DNA from: Mobula hypostoma
Taxonomy: Eukaryota
DNA: 64,000 bases
NCBI RefSeq assembly: GCF_963921235.1
Contig: NC_086097.1
Location: 254,946,001 to 255,010,000, forward strand
Direction of reading: 5' to 3'
Shown here: positions 34,025 through 48,053 of the stretch, one piece after another
Layout: the number at the start of each line of letters is the position of its first letter
Numbering within the stretch: the stretch's first letter is position 1
Notes under the pieces: model-generated
Databases searched by the model: none
Told to the model about the DNA's origin: nothing
The model's input: only the letters and a program-made list of their open reading frames with translations
Made by a program: the position numbers and the translations under genes

Positions 34025-35976
34025 TAACGATATAAGATTATTAAGGGTTTGAACTCGGTGAAGGCAGGAAGCATGTTCCCGCTGATGGGTGAGTCCAGAA
34101 CCAGAGGCCACAGTTCAAGAATAAGGGCTGGGCCATTTAGAACGGAGTTGAGAAAGAACTTTTTCACCCAGAGAGTGGTAGACGTATGGAATGCTCTGCC
34201 CCAGAAGGCTGTGGAGGCCAAGTCTCTGGATGCTTTCAAAAATGGCCTACTTCTGCACCTATTGTCTATTGTCTATTGACCAAGACTAAAATTGACAAAA
34301 ACACATAATTCTACCAAATAGTTACAACAGTGCAAAGCAATACCGTAATTTAATAAGAGCAGACCATGGGCACCGAAAAAAAAGTTTCAATTACCCGATG
34401 GCCTCGTCATCTCACACAGACGGTAGAAGTAAGAAACTCCCCCTGCCATGAGCTTCCAGAGCCGCGAACCTGCTAATGCAGCGTCCTGGAAGCAGCCGTG
34501 CACAGTCCGAGTTTGAGTCCGTCCGAAAACTTCGATCTTCCGACCAGCCTCCGGCACCGAGCACCGAGCACCATCTCTGCCGAGCGCGTCGACCCAGGCC
34601 CCGGCCGCCAAGCAACAGGGAAAGCCGAGGATTCTGGGCATTCCTCTCCGGAGATTTCCGATCACACAGTAGCAGTGGCAGCGAAGCAGGCATTTCAGAA
34701 ATTTCACCAGATGTTCCTCCGTGCTCTCACGTCTGCCTCCATCAAATCAGAATTGTGCACGGCCTCCTACTTGGCAGGTAACAGATATTCATCAGCGGAG
34801 CAAGTGTACAGAGGAAGAGACCGACACAAAGGCCCAGATGGAACATCGGTGACCTTTTCGTTGGAAGACATTTAGCAATCAGTCTAGGTTGGGCGATTCC
34901 AAACTACACAAGCAAAGAATGCCAGAATCTGAATTTCGGCGCATCGTTGCAGGGCACCGTTGAAAGCGAAGGCAGATGACGACATTGTTAACGGCCTTAT
35001 GTCGTTTCCATATATCCGCTGAGGTGCAATTTGGCTCAACTGATGTGGTGGCAGAAGTCGGGAGAAGAATCTCCATATTTCTGCAAGAGATTTGAAGTGG
35101 GAGCTGTGAAACAGAAGAGGCAGCTGTGCATTAAGTGTACAGGAAAATGAAATTGGAGCGCCCTGCAGAAGCGAGCTCTTGGAACAGCAGGTTTGCAGTG
35201 TGCGTATGTCTCCAGTGTGTTGTCCCTCCTATCACCGACCCGGAGAGAAGCAAATCGTCCCGTGATGATGGAGTTCAGTCATTGAGCTGTTCAGCTGATT
35301 TGTCATTTGGCTGTACTTTTCCAAAAGTGTTGGAGAATGCGGCGACGAAATAGACAAGTATGGCGGATCCGAGATTCCTCCTTTGAGTGCAGTGTAGATT
35401 TCCACCAGAATGTTGAGTCGTAGATGGAGTTTTACAATCTGCCAGAAGAGATGAATGACGCGGCCAACTCCTTGCTTCATAAAGAAGTTCTGCTTCTGAC
35501 ACATCAGTTCCCGCCGGGGCGTAATAATACAGGAAAGGTGAATACGGAAAGGTTGCTAACAGTGGTGTTGCTGGTGACACGTGGGTGTTGAGCGGCCAGA
35601 TTTCAGATGACGTGAATATGCATGTTCACGGAGGTGACGCATTACACGGTATGTTTCGGTGTCTCTGTGAGGAAGTGATTGTACGCTGAAAGTTTGTCGC
35701 TACATTGAAATGGAGATATTGATTCGAACTGCAATAACAATCGGCTGTAAAAATAGGCAGAAGGATAATTCTTTTCATGCGCGAGAATGATTTGTCGTTT
35801 GGGGACATGAAAAGTGACAGTGGCAGAGAGCGACCGTATGTGTGTCTGAGTGGTTGGTTGATGATTGAGTGAGTGTGTCTGTGTGTGAGCTGATGATTGT
35901 GCAACGGTGAGCAGTGGCAGGCATGCAATGGTGCTTGTGGCGCAGAGCAAATTACAGAAGGTCGATCGGATGTGCT

Positions 35977-36049
35977 GGGGAATTAGCTCAAATGGTAGAG
36001 CGCTCGCTTAGCATGCGAGAGGTAGCGAGATCGATGCTCGTATTCTCCA
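35977..36049 (+). tRNA. tRNA-Ala(AGC) (C65>T, G:U pair); partner Tyr gene deleted
   Basis: Cloverleaf retained; spacer joins the post-Tyr flank near 36297. Confidence 0.9.
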
Positions 36050-37807
36050 TTGACATTTTGTATTCACAGGCACTCGTCTCATTAAATTGCTCTGAAGTTT
36101 GGAATGCACAAAGCATAGGTGTGGCGGAGAGGGAGAGGAACGTGTGTCAGAAAAGGAAAGGGGGAAATCTGCTGCGTTCAAAGCAGATATGAGGAACAGC
36201 CATCTGGCAGCTGGTGTTTCAGTAATGCATGAGCAGCAGGCGACCATTCAGACAGAAATCAGTTAAGTGGTCGAAAGGAAATTGCCCTGGACACTGGATC
36301 ATCAATTCCGGACTACAGAGCTTCTCGGTGGCACAAGACTGCAGTCCGAATTGCTCCGACTCGTGACGAGGTAGAATACAGAGGCATCTTATCACATAAC
36401 AGGCAAGGCCAGCAGATGGCTGGGTCACATTTCAGAGCGCTATGTCCTCACGGTTGCTGCTCTGACAGTACACAACACTCACTCGTCCTAAAGTAACTCA
36501 AAGATAGAAATATTAGATTAGATTAGATGATGAGGATACTCAGTCCTCGTTTATTAAGACATTTCAGAAGTTTCACCAGATGATCCACCGTGTTCTCATG
36601 TCTGCCTCCATCAAATCAGAATTGGGCCCGGCCTCCTACTTGACGGATAACAGATATTCATCAGTGTACAGAGGAAGAGACTGACACAAAGACCCAGATG
36701 GAACATCGGTGACCTCTTCGTTGGAAGATATTTAGCAATCAGTCCAGGTTGAGTGATTCCAAACTACACGAGCAAGGGATTCCAGAATCTGATTTTCGGC
36801 GGATCGCTGGAGGGCACCGTTGAAAGAGAAGGCAGATGACGACGTTGTTATCGGCATTATGTCGTTTCCATACATCTGCTGAGGTGCACAACGGCTCATC
36901 TGTGTGGTGACACAAGTCGGGAGAAAATTCTTCATATTTCTGCAAGAGCTTTGAAGTGGGGACTGTGGAACAGAAGAGGCAGATGTGCGTTAAGTGTGGA
37001 GGAACATGAAATTGGAGCGCCCTGCGCAAGCGAGCTCTTGCGAGAGCTGGTTTGTCGTGTGCGTATGTCTGCAGTGTGTTGTCCCTCCTATCAACGTCCA
37101 GGAGAGAGGCAAATCGTCAATTGATGATGGAATTCAGTCATTGAGCTTTTCCACTGATTTCTCATTTGGTTGTACTTTTCCAAAAGTGTCGGAGAATGCG
37201 GCAACGAAATAGACAGGAACGGCAGATCCGAGTATGCTCTCTTTGATAGCAGTGTAGAATTCCAGCAGACTGTTGAGTGGTACATGGAGCTTTACAACCT
37301 GCCAGAAGAAATGGATGACGCGGACAACTCCTTGGTTCATAATGAAGTTCTGCTTCTGACACATGAGGTCCCGCCGGGGCGTAATAGTACAGGAACTCTG
37401 AATTGGAAAGGTTGCTAACTGTGGTGTTGCTTGTGATATGTGGGTGTTGACGGGACAGATTTCAGCAGAGGTGAATACGCATGTTCACGGAAGCGATGCA
37501 TTACACGTTATGTTTCGGTGTCTCAGTGAGGAAGTGATTGTAGGCCGAATTTTTGTCACTACATTTAAGTGGAGATATCAATTCCAACTGCAATAACAAT
37601 CGGTTGTAAAAATAGAAGGATAATTCTTTGCATGCTGGAGAATGAATTGTCGTTCGGGGACATGAAAGGTGACAGGGGCAGAGAGCGACCGTATGTGTGT
37701 CTGAGTGGTTGGTTGATGATTGAGTGAGTGTGTCTGTGTGTGAGCTGATGATTGTGCAATGGTGCTTGTGGCGCAGAACAAATTACAGGAATGGAACTGG
37801 ATGTGCT

Positions 37808-37880
37808 GGGGAATTAGCTCAAATGGTAGAGCGCTCGCTTAGCATGCGAGAGGTAGCGAGATTGATGCTGGCATTCTCCA
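37808..37880 (+). pseudogene. tRNA-Ala(AGC), likely pseudogene
   Basis: B-box C56>T (ATTGATG) plus T-stem mismatch CTGGC. Confidence 0.78.
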
Positions 37881-38386
37881 TTGACATTTTGTATCAGAGG
37901 CACCCGTCTCATCAAATTGCTCTGAATGTTGGAATGCACAAAAGGTAGCGGTGGCGGAGAGGGAGAGGAAAGTGTCTCAGACAAAGGAAAGACGGACATG
38001 TCGGAGGTCTGCTGCGTTGAAGGCAGGTAGGAGGAAAAGCTAGCTGGCAGCTGGTCTTTCAGTAATGCATGAGCTGCAGGCGACCATTCAGACAGCAATC
38101 AGTTCAGTGGTCAAAAGGAAATTGCCCTGGACACTTGGCGAAATGAGAAAGCTGAGTAGCCTTTGATTTTGACAAGCAAAGAAGCTCAAAGAGCTGTGTT
38201 GGAGTCGCACTGAGAATAGTGATATGCTCGGTGATGTGCGTCATCCGGTCGCCTGTGGCCCATAGTGCTGGAAGGACTAGATATTACAATTGGCAGGCTG
38301 TTGCTCTGGGTGGAGAGACACTAGGATGAAAATCTGCATAATCATTGTCGGTAGGAGCCAACGTGGCGAAGTTTGGTATCGCTTTT

Positions 38387-38471
38387 CCTTCGATAGCTCA
38401 GATGGTAGAGCGGAGGACTGTAGAGGAAATGGAGTCATCCTTAAGTCGCTGGTCGAATCCGGCTCGAGGGA
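38387..38471 (+). pseudogene. tRNA-Tyr(GTA), likely pseudogene
   Basis: 1-nt deletion in the B box (GGTCGA) and three substitutions; intron unchanged. Confidence 0.82.
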
Positions 38472-39672
38472 TTGGGACTTCTTTTACTACGCGGATTATC
38501 AATTCCGTACTACAGAGCCACTCGGTGGCACAAGACTGCACTCCGAATTTTCCGACTCGTGACGGGATAGAATACAGAGGCATCTAATCTCATAACAGGC
38601 AAGGCCAGCAGATCACTGGGTCACATTTCAGAGCGCTATGTCCTCACGCTTGCTGCTCTGACAGTACGACAACCCTCACTCGTCCTAAAGTAACACAGAA
38701 ATGGAAATATTAGATTAGATTACATTAGGTTATGACGGCATTCAGTCCTCGTTCTTTTAAATCAATTTACAATTCGTTAAAAAATGATACAATGTTCCTC
38801 CGGTATGATATCACAAAAACACAAGAAGACCAAGACTAAAAGTGACAAAATCCACATAATTGTACCATATAGTTAAGCAGTGCAAAGCAATACCGCAATT
38901 TGATAAGAGCAGACCACGGGCACGGAAAAGAAAGTCTCAAAGACCCGATTGCCTCGTCATCTCACGCAGACCGCAGAAGGAAGAAAATCCCCCAGCCATG
39001 AGCTTCCAGCGGCTCTAACTTGCCGATGCAGCGTCCTGGAAGCAACCGACTACAGTCCAAAGTCTGAGTCCGTCCGAAAACTTCCAGCCTCCGACCAGCG
39101 CTCCGACACCGAGCACCGAGCAACCTCTCTGCCGAACGTTTCCACCCGGGCCCCGGCCGCCAAGCAACAGGCAAAGCCGAGAATTCGGGGCATTTCCCTC
39201 CGGAGATTTCCGATCTCACAGTAGCCGCGGCAGCGAAGCAGGCATTTCAGAAGTTTCACCAGATGTTCTTCCGTGCTCTCACGTCTGCCTCCATCAATGC
39301 GGAATTGTGCATGGCCTCCTACTTGACAGATAACAGATATGCATCACCGGAGAGGCCGCGTGTAGCAAGTGTACAGAGGAAGAGACCGACACAAAGGCCC
39401 AGATGGAACATCGGTGACCTCTTCGTTTGAAAACATTTAGCAATTAGTATAGGATGAGCAATTCCAAACTGCACGAGCAAGGGATGCCAGAATCTGAATT
39501 TCGGCTGATCGTTGGAGGGCACCGTTGAAAGCGAAGGCAGCTGACGGCATTGGCATCGCCCCTATGTCGCTTCCATATATCCGTTGAGGTGGAATACGGC
39601 TCATCTCTGTGGTGGCGCAAGTCCGGAGCAAAATCTTCATATTTTTGCGAGTGATTTGAAGTGAGAGCTGTG

Positions 39673-40698
39673 TCATCGACCATTGCTCCCGGTTTCCTTT
39701 CTAACCTGTTTCTGTCCTTGTTGAGCTAATTGAGGCAGTTGATTCTCGTTGAGGTGGCTGCATAATACCTTCAGAGAGCAGGGCGTGGTTGCTGGATTGT
39801 TCTTGTCCTAACACCTTGTATCCCTCCCTCTGCCTTCTGTTTCCTCTCCTGAAGCCCTGCCCTGTCTTGCCGGAAACGCTCGCCTTCTCTTGCTGGAAAC
39901 CATCGCCTTGTCTTGCTGGAAACACTCGCCTTCTGTTGCTGGAAACACTCGCCTTCTGTTGCTGGAAACTATCGCCTTGTCTTGCTGGAAACACTCGCCT
40001 CGTTTTGCTGGAAACACTCGTCTTGCCTTGCTGAAACGCTCACCTGGTCTTGGTGGAAACGCTCGCCTTGGCTTGCTGGAAACCATTGCCTCGTCATGCC
40101 TGCAGTCTTGTACTGTAGCCACCCTGTTCCTAGCTCCCTTCCTATCCCTTGCCTCCGCCCAGGTAAGCCAGGCCGTCTTGCCGTTACCTGGGGTTTGTTC
40201 TGTCCCGTCCTGTCCCTTGCCTCTGTTGGGTGGTGATCGGCGCCCTGCCCAGGTGATCCGCGCCCTGCCCAGGAGGAACCTGCTAAACATCGCCTCAATT
40301 CTGCGGCCTTCAGCCTCGCTTTTGCTCAGGTCTCCGGCCTCCAGCCTCGACGCGCCTCAAGTCTCCAGCCTCCAGCCTCGTCCCGCCTCAAGTTTCCTGA
40401 CTCCAGTCTCCAGCCTCGCCTCGCCTCAAGTCTCAGGTCTCGTCCCGCCTGCCTGCCAAGACTCGTACTTGACTGGTTCTGCGGCCGAGCCAGAGGCAAG
40501 TCCCAGGTACTGGGTCCTTGTGCAGTCTCTGGCTCGGAGTCCAAGCCCGGGCTCCTAGCTCCATTGTTCAGTCCTACTCCAGGTTCCTGGTTTTCCTGTC
40601 CATGTCCTTGCCATCGCCCTGCAACCTAGTCCTGTCCCTAGTATTTCAGTGTCTGTGTGTTGCACTTGGGTCCGTTCCCAGCCCGTGCCCGTATGACA
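39673..40698. mobile_element. Solo-LTR-like element, left end deleted
   Basis: Right end TATGACA|ATATC intact; left end lost together with most of the Rex fragment; expanded 23-bp array. Confidence 0.7.
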
Positions 40699-40960
40699 AT
40701 ATCAATTCCAACTGCCGTCACAACCGGTTGTAAAAATAGACAGAAGGATAATTCTTTCCATGCGCGAGAATGAATTGTCGTTTGGGGACATGAAAGGTGA
40801 CAGTGGCAGAGAGCGACCGTATGTGTGTCTGAGTGGTTGGTTGATGATTGAGTGAGTGTGTCTGTGTGTGAGCTGATGATTGTGCAACGGTGAGCAGTGA
40901 CAGGCATGCAATGGTGCTTGTGGCCACAGAGCAAATGACAGGAGGTGGATCGGATGTGCT

Positions 40961-41033
40961 GGGGAATTAGCTCAAATGGTAGAGCGCTCGCTTAGCATGC
41001 GAGAGGTAGCGAGATCGATGCTCGCATTCTCCA
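40961..41033 (+). tRNA. tRNA-Ala(AGC), intact
   Basis: Consensus sequence. Confidence 0.96.
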
Positions 41034-41536
41034 TTGACATTTTGTATTTAGAGGCACTCGTCTCATTAAATTGCTCTGAAGTTTGCAATACACAAAATAT
41101 ACGGGTGGCAGAGAGGGACATGAACGTGTCGCAGACAAAGGAAAGGAGGAAATGTCGTAGGTCTACTGCGTTAAAGGCAGATACGAGGAAAAGGTAGCTG
41201 GCAGCTGTTGTTTCAGTAATGCATGAGCTGCAGGCGACCATTCAGAGAGAAATTAGTTCAGTGGTCAAAAGGAAACTGCCCTGGACACTGGGCGAAATGA
41301 GAAAGCGGAGTAGCCTTTGATTTTGACAAGTAAAGAACATCAAAGAGCTGTGTTGGAGTCGCACCGAGAATGGTGATAAGCTCGGTGATTTGCGTCATCC
41401 GGTCGCCTGTGGCCCATAGTGCTGGAAGGACTAGATATTACATTTGGTAGGCTGTTGCCATGGGTTAACACTAGGATGAAAATCTGCATAATCATTGTCG
41501 GTAGGAGCCAACGTGGCGAAACTTGGTGTCGCTTTT

Positions 41537-41622
41537 CCTTCGATAGCTCAGTTGGTAGAGCGGAGGACTGTAGAGGAAATGGAGTCATCCTTAGGTCGCT
41601 GGTTCGAATCCGGCTCCAAGGA
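41537..41622 (+). tRNA. tRNA-Tyr(GTA), acceptor-stem mismatch
   Basis: 3' strand TCCAAGG instead of TCGAAGG. Confidence 0.88.
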
Positions 41623-41984
41623 TCGGGAGTTCTTTTACCACGCGGATCATCAATTCCGTACTACAGAGCTTCTCGGTGGCACAAGACTGCACTCCGAATT
41701 GCTCCGACTCGTGACGGGATAGAATACAGAGGCATCTAATCACACAACAGGCAAGGCCCGCAGATCACTGGGTCACATTTCAGAGCGCTATGTCCTCACG
41801 CCTGCTGCTCTGACAATACGACAACTCTCACTCGTCCTAAAGTAACACAAGGATAGAAATATTAGATTAGATATGATTAGATGATGTAGCCACTCAGTCC
41901 TCGTTCACTGTAATTTTAAAATGCATGCCTTAAAAAATGATACCATGTTCCTCCGGCATGATATCACAGAAACACAAGACAGAC

Positions 41985-42114
41985 TTGAACATCAGTCACT
42001 GAAAGCAAGCATGCAAGTACAGCAGGCAGTGAAGAAAACTAATGGCATGCTGGCCTACACAACAAGGGGAATTGAGTTTAAGAGCAAAGAAGTCCTTTTG
42101 CAGCTGTACAGGGC
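41985..42114 (+). mobile_element. Short CR1 remnant; remainder of the TE stack deleted
   Basis: QQAVKKTNGMLA..LLQLYRA fused at GCC to downstream spacer. Confidence 0.75.
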
Positions 42115-43363
42115 CTCCATCAAATTAGAATTGTGCACGGCCTCCTACTTGACAGGTAACCGATATTCATCACTGGTGCGGCCGCGGGTAGCAAGTCTAC
42201 AGAGGAAGAGATCGAGCCAAAGGCCCAGATGGAACATCGGTGACCTCTTCGTTGGAAAACATTTGACTTTCAGTCTAGGTTGAGCGATGCCAAACTGCAC
42301 GAGCAAGGGATGCTAGAATCTGAATTCCGGCGTATCGTTGGAGGGCACCGTTGAAAGCGAAGGCAGATGACGGCATTGTTAACAGCCTTATGTCGTTTCC
42401 ATATATACGCTGAGGTGCAATTTGGCTCAACTAATGTGGTGGCACAAGTCGGGAGAAAAATCTCCATATTTCTGCAAGAGATTTGAAGTGGGAGCTGTGA
42501 AACAGAAGAGGCAGATGTGCATTAAGTGTACAGGAGCATGAAATTGGATCGTTCTGCGTAACCGAGCTCTTGGAACAGCAGGTTTGCAGTGTGCGTATGT
42601 CTGCAGTGTGTTGTCCCTCCTATCACCGACCCGGAGAGAAACAAATCGTCCCGTGATGGAATTCAGTCATTGAGCTGTTCAGCCGATTTGTCATTTGGCT
42701 GTACTTTTCCAAAAGTGTTGGAGAATGCGGCTACGAAATAGACAGGTATGTCGGATCCGAGATTCCTCCTTTGAGTGCAGTATAGATTTCCACCAGAATG
42801 TTGAGTCGTAGATGGAGTTTTACAATCTGCCAGAAGAGATGAATGACGCGGCCAACTCCTTGCTTCATAAAGAAGTTCTGCTTCTGACACATCAGTTCCC
42901 GCCGGGGCGTAATAATACAGGAAAGGTGAATACGGAAAGGTTGCTAACAGTGGTGTTGCTGGTGACACGTGGGTGTTGAGCGGCCAGATTTCAGATGACG
43001 TGAATATGCATGTTCACGGAGGTGACGCATTACACGGTATGTTTCGGTGTCTCTGTGAGGAAGTGACTGTACGCTGAATGTTTGTCGCTACATTGAAGTG
43101 GAGATATTGATTCGAACTGCAATAACAATCGGCTGTAAAATAGACAGAAGGATAATTCTTTGCATGCAGGAGAATGAATTGTCGTTTGGGGACATAAAAG
43201 GTGACAGTGGCAGAGAGCGACCGTATGTGTGTCTGAGTGGTTGGCTGGTGATTGAGTGAGTGTGTCTGTGTGTGAGCTGATGATTGTGGAACGGTGAGCA
43301 GTGACAGGCATGCAATGGTGCTTGTGGTGCTGAGCAAATTACAGAAGGTGGATCGGATGTGCT

Positions 43364-43436
43364 GGGGAATTAGCTCAAATGGTAGAGCGCTCGCTTAGCA
43401 TGCGAGAGGTAGCGAGATCGATGCTGGCATTTTCCC
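43364..43436 (+). pseudogene. tRNA-Ala(AGC), likely pseudogene
   Basis: T-stem mismatch, internal TTTT (43430-43433), discriminator A73>C. Confidence 0.8.
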
Positions 43437-43924
43437 TTGACATTTTGTATTCACAGGCACTCGTCTCATTAAATTGCTCTCTAGTTTGGAATGCACAAAA
43501 GGTAGGGGCGGCGGAGAGGGAGAGGAACGTGACTCAGTCAAAGGAAAGGGTTAAATCTGCTGCGTTGAAAGCAGATATGAGGAACAGCTATCTGGCAGCT
43601 GGTGTTTCAGTAATGCATGAGCAGCAGGCGACCATTCAGACAGAAATCAGTTAAGTGGTCGAAAGGAAATTGCCCTGGACACTGGCGGAAATGGGAGAGC
43701 GGAGGAACCGTTGATTTTGACGATCAAAGAGCTGTGTTGGAGTCGCACCGAGAATGGTGAGAAGCTCGGTGATGTGCGTCATCCGGTCGCCTGCGGCCCC
43801 TAGTGTTGGAAGGACTAGATATTGCAATTGGCAGGCTGTTGTTGTGGATCGAGAGACACTAGGATGAAAATCTGCATAATCATTGTCAGTAGGAGCCAAC
43901 GTGGCGAAGTTTGGTATCGCTTTT

Positions 43925-44010
43925 CCTTCGATAGCTCAGTTGGTAGAGCGGAGGACTGTAGAGGAAATGGAGTCATCCTTAGGTCGCTGGTTCGAATCCG
44001 GCTCGAAGGA
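43925..44010 (+). tRNA. tRNA-Tyr(GTA), intron-containing, intact
   Basis: Consensus sequence. Confidence 0.97.
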
Positions 44011-44710
44011 TCGGGACTTCTTTTACTAGGTGGATCATCAATTACGGACTACAGAGCTTCTCGGTGGCACAAGACTGCAGTCCGAATTGCTCCGACTCGT
44101 GACGGGATAGAATACAGAGGCATCTAATCACAGAACTGGCAAGGCCAGCAGATCACTGGGTCACATTTCAGAGCGCTATGCCCTCACGCTTGCTGCTTTG
44201 ACCGTACGACAACTCTCACTCGTCCGAAAGTAACACAAAGATAGAAATATTAGATTAGATATGATTAGATGATGAGGACACTCAGTCCTCGTTTACTGTA
44301 ATCTTAAAATGCATGCCTTAAAAAATGATACTATGTTCCTCCGGTATGATATCACAGAAACACAAGACAGACTTGAACATCAGTCACTGAAAGTAAGCAT
44401 GCAAGTACAGCAGGCAGTGAAAAAAACTAATGGCATGCTGGCCTTCACAACAAGGGGAATTGAGTTTAAGAGAAAAGAGGTCCTTTTGCAGCTGTACAGG
44501 GCCCTGGTGAGACCAGACCTGCAGTACTGTGTGCAGTTTTGATCTCCAAATTTGAGGATTGACATTCTTACTAATGAGGGAGTGCAGCGCAGGTTCACAA
44601 GAATAATTTCCGGGATGGCGGGACTGTCATGTGTCGAAAGATTGGAGCGACTGGGTTTTTATATTCTGGAATTTAGAAGGCTGAGAGGAGATTTTATTGA
44701 AACTTAGATA

Positions 44711-45536
44711 GAAACATAGAAACATAGAAAATAGGTGCAGGAGTAGGCCATTCGGCCCTTCAAGCCTGCACCGCCATTTATTATGATCATGGCTGATCAT
44801 CCAACTCAGAACCCCGCCCCAGCCTTCCCGCCATACCCCCTGACCCCTGTAGCTACAAGGGCCATATCTAACTCCCTCTTAAACACAGCCAATGAACTGG
44901 CCTCAACAGTTTCCTGTGGCAGAGAATTCCACAGATTCACCACTCTCTGTGTGAAGAAGTTTTTCCTAAGCTCGGTCCTAAAAGGCTTCCCCTCTATCCT
45001 CAAACTGTGACCCCTCCTTCTGGACTTCCCTAACATCGGGAACAATCTTCCTGCATCTAGCCTGTCCAATTCAGGATCTTATACGTTTCAATCAGATCCC
45101 CCCTCAATCTTCTAAATTCCAACGAGTACAAGCCCAGTTCATCCAGTCTTTCTTCATATGAAAGTCCTGCCATCCCAGGAATCAATCTGGTGAACCTCCT
45201 TTGTACTCCCTCTGTTGCAAAGATGTCTTTCCTCAGATTAGGGGACCAAAACTGCACACAATACTCCAGGTATGGTCTCACCAAGGCCTTGTACAACTGC
45301 AGTAGTACCTCCCTGCTCCTGTACTCGAATCCTCTCGGTATAAATGCCAGCATACCATTCGCCTTTTTCACCGCCTGCTGTACCTGCATGCCCACTTTCA
45401 ATGACTGGTGTATAATGACACCCAGGACTCGTTGCAGCTCCCCTTTTCCTAATCGGCCACCATTCAGATAATAATCTGTTTTCCTATTTTTGCCACCAAA
45501 GTGGATAACTTCACATTTATCCACATTAAATTGCAT
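44711..45536 (-). mobile_element. 5'-truncated young CR1 inserted in the mini-Rex1 tail
   Basis: (GAAACATA)n tail; ORFs 45057-45536 and 44806-45069 (frameshifted CR1 ORF2 C-terminus). Confidence 0.92.
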
Positions 45537-45539
45537 ATG

Positions 45540-46341
45540 ATTAGATAGATACCTAGATATACTTTATTAGTCCCGACGGAAATTTGACTTCGTTACAGCC
45601 GCTCCAACGAAAAATAGAGCGTAAGTATAGCAATACAAAAACCCCAACAATCAAACACCAAAATGCAAACTATGCCAGATGGAAAATAAGTCCAGGACCA
45701 GTATATTGGCTCAGGGTGTCTGACCCTCCACGGGAGGAGCTGCACGTTCGATGGCCACAGGCAGGAACGACCTCCCGTGCCGCCAAGTGTTGTATCACGG
45801 TGGAACGTGGCCGAAGTGCAACAGGAAAAAGTTCAATATCCAGTCTGCAAACACGTTCCTCGATCGTAATATACCCCGGATTGTACCATCGTTTGTTAAC
45901 CAGATCAGTAAGCACCGAACTCCTTCATGCTCACCGCTCTCAGTTCACTTGCGGTCAGGCGGAACGGTATTAAACACCGAACTCCTCTTTCGACCCGTTC
46001 CTCTTTCCTCGGCTTTGTGACCCCCTCTGTGTGTTTTCCTCCGGATTTCCGCAGGGGTTTCCACCGCTCAGTTCGCTAAGCCGGCCGGCATTTGCTGGTC
46101 GGTGAAATACACAATGCGACCTTGCTTCGGTCCCGCGTGTCGGGATGTAACCATTTCCAGCCCTAAAGAAAACCCAAATAAATCTCTTTCTACCAGCACG
46201 TTAGAGAGGGTGCAGCATCGACGTGTTACCGTGAGGAAGAAAAATACAAAAAAATAACGTAAATTAAAATATAAGAAGAAGAAAGAGAAAATAGATCGGA
46301 ACGGCTGTACCGGGCTGCATGCACGACCGGCGCATGCGCAC
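45540..46341 (-). mobile_element. mini-Rex1 inside a CR1 fragment (CR1 pieces ~44372-44704 and 46342-46594)
   Basis: Same sequence as 18310-19118. Confidence 0.75.
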
Positions 46342-48053
46342 TAACGATATAAGATTATTAAGGGTTTGAACTCGGTGGAGGCAGGAAGCATGTTCCCGCT
46401 GCTGGGTGAGTCCAGAACCAGAGGCCACAGTTCAAGAATAAGGGCTGGGCCATTTAGAACGGAGTTGAGAAAGAACTTTTTCACCCAGAGAGTGGTAGAC
46501 GTATGGAATGCTCTGCCCCAGAAGGCTGTGGAGGCCAAGTCTCTGGATGCTTTCAAAAATGGCCTACTTCTGCACCTATTGTCTATTGTCTATTGACCAA
46601 GAGTAAAATTGACAAAAACACATAATTCTACCAAATAGTTACAGCAGTGCAAAGCAATACCGTAATTTGATAAGAGCAGACCATGGGCACCAAAAAAAAA
46701 AGTTTCAATTACCTGATGACCTCGTCATCTCACGCAGACGGTAGAAGTAAGAAACTCCCCCTGTCATGAGCTGCCAGCGCAAGGAACCTGCTAATGCAGC
46801 GTCCTGGAAGCAGCCGTGCACAGTCCGACTTTGAGTCCGTCCGAAAACTTCGATCTTCCGACCAGCCCTCCGGCACCGAGCGCCGAGCACCATCTCTGCC
46901 GAGCGCATCGACCCAGGCCCCGGCCGCCAAGCAACAGGGAAAGCCGAGGATTCTGGGCATTCCTCTCCGGAGATTTCCGATCACACGGTAGCAGTGGCAG
47001 CGAAGTAGGCATTTCAGAAATTTCACCAGATGTTCCTCCGTGCTCTCACGTCTGCCTCCATCAAATCAGAATTGTGCACGGCCTCCTACTTGACAAGTAA
47101 CAGATATGCATCACCGGAGAGGCCGGGAGTAGCAAGTGTACAGAGGAAGAGACCGACACAAAGGCCCAGATGGAATATCGGTGACCTCCTCGTTGGAAAA
47201 CATTTAACTATCTGTCTACGTTGAGCGATTCCAAACTGCACGAGCAAGGGATGCCAGAATCTGAACTTCGGCTGATCGTTGGAGGGCACCTTTGAAAGCG
47301 AAGGCAGCTGACGGCATTGCCATCACACTTATGTCGTTTCCATATATCCGTTGAGGTGGAATTCGGCTCATCTGTGTGGTGGCGCAAGTCCGGAGCAAAA
47401 TCTTCATATTTCTGCGAGTGATTTGAAGTGATAGCTATGAAACAGAAGAGTCAGATGTGCATTAGGTGTACAGCAACATGAAATTGGAGCGCCCTGCAGA
47501 AGCGAGCTCTTGGAACAGCAGTTTTGCAATGTGCATATGTCTGCAGTGTTTTGTCCCTCCTATCATCTTCCCGGAGAGAGGCAGATCGTCCATTGATGAT
47601 GGAATTCAGTCATTGAGCTTTTCAGCTGATTTGTCATTTGTCTGTAGTTTTCCAAAAGTGCCGGAGAATGCGGCAACGAAATAGACGGGAACGGCAGATC
47701 CGAGAATGCTCTGGCTTGATAGCAGTGTAGAATTCCAGGAGAATGCTGTGTCGTTGATGCAGTTTTACAATCTACCAGAAGAAATGGATGACGCGGCCAT
47801 TGCCTTGGTTCATGAAGATGTTCTGCTTCTGACACACGAGTTCCCTAAATGGCGTAATAATACAGGAAAGGTGAATGCGGAAAATTTGCTAACAGTGGTG
47901 CTGTTGGTGATATGTTGGTGTTGAGGGGCCAGATTTCAGCTGAGTGGCATCTGCATGTTCACGGAAGCGACGCATTGCACGGTATGTTTCGGTGTCTCCA
48001 TGAGGAAGTGATTTTACGCCGAATTTTTGTCGCTACTTTGAAGTCTTGATATT

